A stretch of DNA of 64,000 nt, from the NCBI GenBank assembly GCA_964621905.1, contig CAZUNG010000003.1:216366-280365 (forward strand). The letters run 5' to 3'. This DNA comes from an uncultured Ruminococcus sp. Its GTDB lineage: Bacteria > Bacillota > Clostridia > Lachnospirales > Lachnospiraceae. The position numbers were made by a program, and so were the translations under genes. This document shows positions 56,502 through 64,000 of the stretch, in pieces (the stretch's first letter is position 1; every line of letters begins with the position of its first letter). The notes under the pieces are model-generated. The model was not told where the DNA came from, made no database searches, and worked only from the letters and a program-made list of their open reading frames with translations.

Positions 56502-57489
56502 AGGTGGATTCCTTGCAGGAAAGTGTCACCGGAAGTACCAGACGATGGGGATCCATCGACCGGTTTTCAATATAATCAATCAGAACCTGTACGCTTGTCT
56601 CGGCCTGCAGGGCACACTGAACATCAATGGATGTGATGGATGGGGTACTCATCTTACCGATAATGCTGTTGTCAAATCCCACCAGTGCAATATCTTTCGG
56701 TACCGATAGTCCGAATTCGGCAAAAATCTTTGCTGCCAGCACTGCCATGTTATCATTGGTACAGATAAATGCCTCCGGATAACTCTCTAATTCCCTGAGC
56801 TTGCTGCGCAGCCTGCCAAAGTCATAGACATGAGTCTGATCGAGGTCTGTTACCAGCCATTCCTGTTTCGGAAGCAGACCAAAGTGATACATGGCTCCCA
56901 TGAATCCCTCAAATCGTTCCATAAAGCCCGTGCTGTGCAGTGGATTTCCGATAAAGCCGATGTTGCGGTATCCTTTTTCCAGCAGGTATTTTACAGCTTT
57001 ATGGGCGCCCTCCAGATTATCTTCGATGATGGTGGGGATCTTTAAACTGTGATACCGTGTGCCGATAGCGATGAGCGGCATCTGTGCTGCGGCAATTTTG
57101 GCTACAATCCGCTCCTCCATGTCACCAAGGACGATCAAACCTGAGATAGAATTTGTTTCAAATATATCTCTTAGCATTTCCGGCTGTGTATCGCAGGCAT
57201 CCCCCTTAAATACCATCATATTATATCCTTTGTCATGTACCTTGGACAGGATATTCTGATAAAAGCTCATATAAAAATAAGAATCCTGCAGACGTTCCCC
57301 GGTTGAAATCAGACCGATATTATGGATATCCGGTTTACTTTTCTGATCCAGGTAGCCGAGCTGTGTTGCGGTCTGCCAGATCAGATCTCTGGTTTCTTTT
57401 TTTACCGAAGAAATGTTGCGAAGAGCAAGGGATACCGTGTTGATGGATACACCTGTCTTTTCTGCGATATCTTTCATTGTAACCTTCAT
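56500..57489 (-). CDS. LacI-family regulator divergent from the sugar ABC operon
   Basis: MKDIAEKTGVSINTVSLAL HTH; VPKDIALVGFD, PSITSI. Confidence 0.93.
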   Translation of the reverse strand: MKVTMKDIAEKTGVSINTVSLALRNISSVKKETRDLIWQTATQLGYLDQKSKPDIHNIGLISTGERLQDSYFYMSFYQNILSKVHDKGYNMMVFKGDACDTQPEMLRDIFETNSISGLIVLGDMEERIVAKIAAAQMPLIAIGTRYHSLKIPTIIEDNLEGAHKAVKYLLEKGYRNIGFIGNPLHSTGFMERFEGFMGAMYHFGLLPKQEWLVTDLDQTHVYDFGRLRSKLRELESYPEAFICTNDNMAVLAAKIFAEFGLSVPKDIALVGFDNSIIGKMSTPSITSIDVQCALQAETSVQVLIDYIENRSMDPHRLVLPVTLSCKEST

Positions 57490-58003
57490 AAAAGAGCTCC
57501 TCATCTAAATAAGTTTGAATGCACATATGTTCCTTCTTACTATAATCAATCCATGCCAGAATGTCAAATCCAAACATTATATTAATATTAATTTTAATGA
57601 TATACTTTAGCATTCCTGCCGAGTATGGTGAACAAAACGGATGGGACAGCCAGGAAAGCGAAACAAATATAGCATTTCTGCGCTTTTTTTGGGCAATATG
57701 AGAAAAAATCAAAACTTTTTTTAGGATTCTTGCACGGAAAGTGCAATGATGATTCCTTCATGTGAAATTCTATAGAAATTGTGAAAGCGTTTTTGTTGAA
57801 TATTAATAAAGATAAAATATAATATTACATAAAAGAATAAATAATATTAAATAATACGGTTAAAATTCCGGATAAAATCGTGAAATAATCAATAATTAAT
57901 ATTAAACCATGCAAGAAAACAATAGTAATTTCCAAGCATTCATAATACTATGGTGACAGGACGAAAAAGAAAACAGGAACGTGATAAATAGAAGGAGGGT
58001 AAC

Positions 58004-59509
58004 ATGGAGGAATATGTAGTTAGTCTGAAGCACATTACGAAACGTTTTCCCGGTGTTGTGGCATTGAGAGATATGTCTCTGGACATTCGGCCAGGGGAGA
58101 TTCACGGGCTGATCGGAGAAAACGGTGCCGGAAAATCGACATTGATCAAGGTGCTGACTGGGGTTAATATCCCTGAAGAAGGCGAGATTTACATAGGAGG
58201 ACAGAAGCGCATCATCCGCTCGCCGGTGGATTCAAGAAATCTTGGAGTTGCCTGTGTTTACCAGGAACTGAACATCGTTTCTCTGCTGTCTGTCACGGAT
58301 AATATTTTTATTGGCAGATCAATTAAGAAAAAGAACGGTCTGCTGGACTATAAAAAGATGGACAGGGAGGCTATGGATGCACTGGAGTCCCTTGGACATG
58401 GGGAAATTGATCTTCACGCCCAGTGCGGGAAACTGGGAATTGGTCTTCAGCAGATGGTTGAGATTGCGAAAGCAGTTGCCGTAAATGCCAGGCTGATCAT
58501 TATGGATGAGCCGACATCGAGTCTCGGAGAAGGTGAAGTAAAACAGCTGATGAAGACGATACGGAAACTGAAAGAAAAAGGAATTGCTATCCTGTTTGTA
58601 TCGCATAAACTGGAAGAACTTTTTGAACTGTGTGACAGAGTGACAGTCATGCGTGACGGACAGCATATCATTACCGAAGACATTGAGAATATGGACAATG
58701 AAAAGCTGATTGAAGCCATGGTTGGACGGACACTTGAGAATCTGTATCCGAAGGAGCAGGGTGTACGCGGCAGAGAAGGACTGCGGGCAGAACATCTGAT
58801 GGAAGAAGGCGTGCTGCATGACGTAAGCTTCACGGCGTATCACGGGGAAATCCTCGGATTTGCAGGTCTTGTGGGTGCAGGAAGAACAGAGACGATGCGT
58901 GCGATCTTTGGAGCGGATCCGCTGGATGGCGGTAAAGTGTTTGTTGAAGGGGAAGAAGTGCACATTAAAAATCCTACGGAAGCGATCGCAAAGAAAATTG
59001 CATTTCTGACAGAGGACAGAAAAGGACAGGGACTTGTGCTTTCGCAGAGTGTGAAGACGAATTTGATTATGTCGAGCATGAAAAGATTTCGAAAGAACGG
59101 GCTGTTTGACTTTAAGAAAATTGAAGCCGTCAGCAAAGAGAATATCGAAAAGCTGAGAATCAAAACACCGACCAGTGAAGAAGTCGTTGCGCAGCTCTCC
59201 GGCGGCAACCAGCAGAAAGTGGTCATCGGAAAATGGCTGAACAGCGATTCCGAGATATTCATTTTTGATGAACCGACAAGAGGCATCGATGTAGGAGCCA
59301 AGATTGAAGTTTATAACGTCATGAATGAACTGGTAAGGCAGGGGAAATGTATTATTATGATTTCATCAGAACTTCCCGAAGTGATTGCCATGAGCGACCG
59401 GGTGATCGTTATGCGTGAGGGCCGGGTGACAGGAGAAATTGAAAGAGCAACAGAACATTTTAATCAGGAATCGATTATGAAAGCCGCGTGGGGAGGTAAA
59501 CTGTCATGA
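58004..59509 (+). CDS. Sugar ABC ATPase (RbsA/MglA type, two NBDs)
   Basis: [46 protein letters not shown]. Confidence 0.95.
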   Translation: MEEYVVSLKHITKRFPGVVALRDMSLDIRPGEIHGLIGENGAGKSTLIKVLTGVNIPEEGEIYIGGQKRIIRSPVDSRNLGVACVYQELNIVSLLSVTDNIFIGRSIKKKNGLLDYKKMDREAMDALESLGHGEIDLHAQCGKLGIGLQQMVEIAKAVAVNARLIIMDEPTSSLGEGEVKQLMKTIRKLKEKGIAILFVSHKLEELFELCDRVTVMRDGQHIITEDIENMDNEKLIEAMVGRTLENLYPKEQGVRGREGLRAEHLMEEGVLHDVSFTAYHGEILGFAGLVGAGRTETMRAIFGADPLDGGKVFVEGEEVHIKNPTEAIAKKIAFLTEDRKGQGLVLSQSVKTNLIMSSMKRFRKNGLFDFKKIEAVSKENIEKLRIKTPTSEEVVAQLSGGNQQKVVIGKWLNSDSEIFIFDEPTRGIDVGAKIEVYNVMNELVRQGKCIIMISSELPEVIAMSDRVIVMREGRVTGEIERATEHFNQESIMKAAWGGKLS

Positions 59510-60492
59510 AAAAAAATATGAAAAGTGCATTGATGAAAATCGCGCCGTTGCTGGCGCTGATCATTCTGGGAATGATCCTGGCATTTATGCTTCCGGGAAA
59601 ATTCTTAAGGGGCAGCAACCTTATGAATATCCTGAAACAGGCGGGTATCAACTGTATGATCTCCGGCGGTATGCTGGTTGTACTAATCACAGCCGGAATT
59701 GATTTGTCAGTTGGTTCCAACACAGTACTGGGCGCCTGTTTTATCGGGGTGCTGATGCAGAAATTCGGAATTACGAATCCGTTTGTGCTGATGGGAGCGG
59801 CGCTTTTGATCTGTACACTGATGGGATTTTTCAATGGAACACTGCTGACCAGGCTGAACCTGCCGCACCCTTTCGTGTCCACCCTGGGCATGAAAAATGT
59901 TTTGCTGGGCGTGGCGCTCCTGATTACAGATTCCACACCAATTGGTTTTATGAATAAAGGGGTTGATTCCACATTGTTTCTGGGGTCTGCAACAATCGGG
60001 GATTTCCCGGTCAGTTTTATAGTAGTCATTATTGTTTACGCTATCTTTCATGTTTTTCTTACAAGGACAGCTCTGGGCCGCCAGATCTACTGTGTTGGGG
60101 GGAATGCGGAAGCGGCCCGCCTGTCCGGGATAAAATCAAAAAACGTATTGACGTTTGTCTATTCGCTGTCCGGTTTTATGTGCGGACTTGCGGCTATCAT
60201 CCTGGTTGGGCGTGTGACAACGGCAAATGCGACGGCAGGTACTACCTATGATACGGATGCGATCGCAGCCTGTATTATCGGCGGTGCATCTTTTACCGGC
60301 GGAAAGGGTACCATCTGGGGAACCATGATGGGAGCGATTCTGATCGCAACGATTCGAAACGGATTGAATCTGTTCGGCACAAAGAATGATATCCAGTACA
60401 TTGTAATTGGAGCGGTTATTATCCTTGCAGTTACCATAGATGTTGTCCGCAACCAGATGGAGGCGAAGGCAAGAAGACTGGCAGCTAAATAG
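59506..60492 (+). CDS. Sugar ABC permease (RbsC type)
   Basis: TAGIDLSVGS, GGNAEAARLSGI, DAIAACIIGGAS. Confidence 0.93.
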   Translation: MKKNMKSALMKIAPLLALIILGMILAFMLPGKFLRGSNLMNILKQAGINCMISGGMLVVLITAGIDLSVGSNTVLGACFIGVLMQKFGITNPFVLMGAALLICTLMGFFNGTLLTRLNLPHPFVSTLGMKNVLLGVALLITDSTPIGFMNKGVDSTLFLGSATIGDFPVSFIVVIIVYAIFHVFLTRTALGRQIYCVGGNAEAARLSGIKSKNVLTFVYSLSGFMCGLAAIILVGRVTTANATAGTTYDTDAIAACIIGGASFTGGKGTIWGTMMGAILIATIRNGLNLFGTKNDIQYIVIGAVIILAVTIDVVRNQMEAKARRLAAK

Positions 60493-60520
60493 CGGTTGAT
60501 TCAGAAAGGAGAATATAAAA

Positions 60521-61519
60521 ATGAAAAAACTGAGAATCGGTGTTATCGGTCTTGGAAGACTGGGATACCACCACGCAATGAACGTAACCAAGAGTCAGAG
60601 AGCAGCACTTACTGCGGTATCAGATCCATTTCCGGAGGCACTGAAAAGAGGCGTCGATAACTTCGGTGTAAAAGGCTATGCAGATTATAAAGAAATGATC
60701 GCAAGTGAAGAAGTGGATGCAATCGTAGTGGCTACTCCCACAAAGACACATTATGATGTGCTGATGAATTGTATTGCAGCGAAAAAACCTATATTTGTTG
60801 AAAAACCGATTACGTTTACGGTAGAAGAATCAGAAGTGATTATGAAGGAAGTGGAAAAACAGGGTGTATTCCTTCAGGTTGGATTCATGCGCCGTTTTGA
60901 TCCCGGCCATATGGCGGCTAAAGAAGCGATCGTGAGTGGAAAATGTGGAAAGCCGATCTATATTCATGACTGCCAGCGGGATCCGAACGGACCGCCTCCG
61001 GCATACGTACCGGAAAGCGGAGGACTCTTTGTGGACATGGGAATCCATGATCTGGATGTTGCGCGATGGCTGATGGGAAGAGAAATCACAGAAATCTATG
61101 CACAGGGCGCGGTATTAAAACATGAATTTCTGAAAGATCTGAATGACGTGGATGACGGACAGATGCTGCTGAAGTTTGAGGATGGCGGTCTTGGAATGAT
61201 TGAGATCAGCCGCAATGCAAATGATGTATATGATACGCGGACGGAGGTTATCGGTCTTGATAAAAGTGTATTTGTAGGACAGAATCAGCTGACGCCTTAT
61301 ACGATGATCGGAAATCAGGAGATTACTGTAGATATGGCGAATTGGTGTCTGGGAAGATTTAAAGATGCTTATGAGATCGAGATGCAGACATTCATTGACT
61401 GTGTACTTGATCATAAACCGTCACAGGTGACGGCATATGACGGTATGATGGGAATCAAACTTGCGCTGGCAGCTACAGAATCATACCGTGCAGGCAAAGC
61501 GGTTTCCATATCATATTAA
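60521..61519 (+). CDS. Gfo/Idh/MocA dehydrogenase, inositol dehydrogenase-like
   Basis: GLGRLG, VEKP, LQVGFMRRFD, GGLFVDMGIHDLD, YD.RTEV.G, RF.DAY..E. Confidence 0.8.
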   Translation: MKKLRIGVIGLGRLGYHHAMNVTKSQRAALTAVSDPFPEALKRGVDNFGVKGYADYKEMIASEEVDAIVVATPTKTHYDVLMNCIAAKKPIFVEKPITFTVEESEVIMKEVEKQGVFLQVGFMRRFDPGHMAAKEAIVSGKCGKPIYIHDCQRDPNGPPPAYVPESGGLFVDMGIHDLDVARWLMGREITEIYAQGAVLKHEFLKDLNDVDDGQMLLKFEDGGLGMIEISRNANDVYDTRTEVIGLDKSVFVGQNQLTPYTMIGNQEITVDMANWCLGRFKDAYEIEMQTFIDCVLDHKPSQVTAYDGMMGIKLALAATESYRAGKAVSISY

Positions 61520-61547
61520 ACCATAAAAGAAAAGGGAGGATTTTAGG

Positions 61548-62570
61548 ATGAAGAGAAGATTATTAGCGGTATTACTGACTGCAGGGCTGGTTCTGTCAAT
61601 GACTGCATGTGGAGGAAAGTCCGATGACAGCACTTCGGGCGGCGCATCAGATGATGCAGCTGCGGAAGATGCCGGAGGAGACGAGGAGGATGCGGGAGAC
61701 AGTGCCGGTGCGGCAGATGCAAAAGATATCAGTATTGCCGTCAATCTGAAGACGCTGAACAGTGAGTACTGGGGAAATGTAAAGGCGGGATGCGATAAAG
61801 CAGCAGAAGAACTTGGCATTGAGGTGACCGTTAATGGGCCGGATGCGGAGAGTGAAATCGCGCAGCAGGTTACTCAGATCGGTGATCAGCTTGCTCAGGA
61901 TGTGGATGCCATTATTGTAGCTCCGTGTGATACAGATGCAGTTTCCGGAGCGCTGGAAAGTGTTAACGGTAAGATTCCGGTATTCTTCATCGACCAGGAT
62001 GTGGATTTCCCAGGGAAAACTTCTTTCGTTGGAACAAGCAACGTGGATGCTGCCAAAAAGGGCGGACAGTATATCGGGGAAAAAATCGGTAAAGATGCGA
62101 AAGTTGTCATTATCTATGGGCAGGAAGGAGAGAGCACATCGAACGCAAGAACACAGGGATACAAAGAAGGGCTTGCTGAATTCGGGATTGAACCGATCGC
62201 CGAGATGTCAGGGAATAACGTGTCCGATACAGCAAAAGCAGCAATGGAAGATCTGCTGACCCGTTTCAACAATGAAATTGATGCCGTTTTGTGTATGAAT
62301 GATGACACTGCGATCGGTGCACTGTCGGCGTGCCAGGATGCAGGTGTTGCGGAGAATATCACGATCATTGGATTTGATGGAAACCAGTCTGCAATTGAAC
62401 TGGTTGCAGCAGGGGATCTGGAAGCTACGATTGCGCAGCAGCCGTCTGAGATGGGTTATATTGCCACCATGAATGCATACAAAGCAATTAGCGGCGAAAC
62501 TGTGGAAAAAGAGATACCAATTGACACAATTTTTATCACAAAAGATAATGCTGAGGAATATATGAAATAA
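61548..62570 (+). CDS. Sugar ABC substrate-binding lipoprotein (RbsB type)
   Basis: Lipobox MTACG; NSEYW, VGTSN.DAAKK, NDDTAIGA, GFDG, TIAQQP. Confidence 0.92.
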   Translation: MKRRLLAVLLTAGLVLSMTACGGKSDDSTSGGASDDAAAEDAGGDEEDAGDSAGAADAKDISIAVNLKTLNSEYWGNVKAGCDKAAEELGIEVTVNGPDAESEIAQQVTQIGDQLAQDVDAIIVAPCDTDAVSGALESVNGKIPVFFIDQDVDFPGKTSFVGTSNVDAAKKGGQYIGEKIGKDAKVVIIYGQEGESTSNARTQGYKEGLAEFGIEPIAEMSGNNVSDTAKAAMEDLLTRFNNEIDAVLCMNDDTAIGALSACQDAGVAENITIIGFDGNQSAIELVAAGDLEATIAQQPSEMGYIATMNAYKAISGETVEKEIPIDTIFITKDNAEEYMK

Positions 62571-62598
62571 ATAAAAAAGAGAGGAATCCCATGATAAT

Positions 62599-63810
62599 GG
62601 ATGTGACCCCAAAAAGTTAGACTTTATTAGCGAGACAGTTTTGGCTGCCTCGCTATTTTTATGCAGCCAGAAGGTTAAGTCTACGCGAATACGCTTTCAT
62701 TTGATAAGCCCATCCCTGATCTGAATGGAAGGTTCTTCTGTATGGGCAGTCTGATGTAATTTCTATTGCTTTTTCTAATGCATCCATTACATTTTTAGCA
62801 GACGGTTGCTTATCTGTGCCAAAACTAAGTATGTTCACCGGTACACATATCCATAAATGGATCTGAATAGAGCTTATGCATAGTCATATGACCTTTTTCA
62901 TCTACTTCATAGTATTTAAACTCAGTTGTATCAGTCGTTATTTTCTGATGAGGTATGTGGGTATTAAATCTTCTTCTGATTCTGTTAGGTGCAACTATTC
63001 CAATTTTTCCTTTGTAAGAACTATACTTTCTGCTTCTTCGTGTAAATGATGTTGCCTGAAGTCCGAGTTTTTGCATGATTCGCTGGACTTTCTTTCTGTT
63101 GACAGCATATCCCTGATTACGAAGTTCACCTAACATCCGACGATATCCATAATCCTTATTCAGTTCTCGAATTTCAAGTATCTTTTCTTCAAGTTCTTTG
63201 TCTGGATTTTCTCTGTCAAATCTTTTTTGTCAGTACATGTATGTTGCTTTTGGCATACCTGTATATGAGAGAAGGTCTTTTAATTTGAACTGTCTTCGAA
63301 GACTGTTGATGACTCGTGCCGTTCTCTTATTTTTGCTTCGCCCTCTAAACGCAGTCTCCTCAGTTCTTTTAAAAATGCATTCTCTATTCTCAGTTTGAGA
63401 AGTTCATCCTCTAATTCTTTTACGTGCTCCGCACTTGTATCAACAGTATTTTCTTCTAATGGTTGAGTTACCGTCTCTTTTTTTGCTGATCCAAAGTTTT
63501 CTTTCGACCTTTCTTATGCGGTCTCAACGCTTCAGGAGCAGCTACGCGAAAGCGATTAACCCAGTTAACAATCATACTTGGATTTGTAATACCTTCTTTA
63601 AGTGCCAACTCCTGATATGAGACTTCAATTGATAAATATAACTCTACCACATAAAGCTTCTTTTCAAAAGAGTAAGCATCATTCTTTCGGGAACGCATTA
63701 AACCTTCATCACCAAAAGTTTGATAATTATGTATCCATTTCTCATTGAGCCATAAAAATACCGACCTCCAAATCGTTAGATTTTTGGTCTAACTTTTTGG
63801 GGTCGGTACA
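62599..63810 (-). mobile_element. Decayed IS3-family (IS150-like) insertion sequence, 1212 bp
   Basis: Terminal IRs sharing GACCCCAAAAAGTTAGAC (62605-62622 and 63787-63804), AAT target duplication (62596-62598 and 63811-63813), OrfA/OrfB fragments. Confidence 0.9.
62659..63753 (-). pseudogene. IS3 transposase OrfA/OrfB pseudogene
   Basis: YSFEKKL.VVELYL, KITTDTTEF, FHSDQGWAYQ fragments with stops, frameshifts and two deletions. Confidence 0.9.
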
Positions 63811-63956
63811 AATATGGATTCCGCTCTTTTTTATTTTTGGCATCAGAATATCCGATTTTCAGCTGTAACAGATATAATGAAAGAACCATGGCAGACTGCC
63901 AATGAAATGCGATTCTGACAGAGGAGATGGCTCTGTGGAATTGTGTAAAACAGAAA

Positions 63957-64000
63957 TTATTTTGTAGCTTCTTTCAGTGCACGTACATCCTCTTTCATGA
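63957..64000 (-). CDS. Possible 3' end of a CDS entering from beyond the window (...MKEDVRALKEATK*)
   Basis: Open frame ending in TAA at 63957-63959; only 44 nt visible. Confidence 0.25.
   Translation of the reverse strand, partial: MKEDVRALKEATK

Overview
Chromosomal segment of a spore-forming, low-to-mid GC Firmicute, most likely Lachnospiraceae (inferred from gene content and tRNA genes without encoded CCA). About 1-28.5 kb is mostly core genome: CapA-family protein, rlmL-like methyltransferase, rdgB, seven tRNAs, a secreted papain-family protease, a Trp T-box-controlled trpB2, a LacI-iolG-iolI unit, rho-rpmE-prmC-prfA, glmM, hflX and nrdD. About 28.6-62.6 kb is an accessory catabolic region: three UroD/MtaA-fold proteins plus a remnant, two cytoplasmic Cys-type sulfatases, a Tau/Ssu-type ABC importer with an asymmetric ATPase pair, TauE, a stand-alone C*-A-T-TE NRPS with an atypical thioesterase plus an EamA exporter, amt-glnK, a P1B ATPase operon, a sugar/inositol ABC system and six regulators. 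A decayed IS3 element lies near the right end. Main observations: a 41-bp activator-type motif shared by three promoters that ties the sulfatases to a UroD-like gene, the NRPS cassette, a candidate sRNA with four C-rich motifs, and an Asn/Ser-rich small protein behind a sigmaG-like promoter. No CRISPR array or rRNA was seen. Family calls come from motifs recognised by eye; no database search was run.
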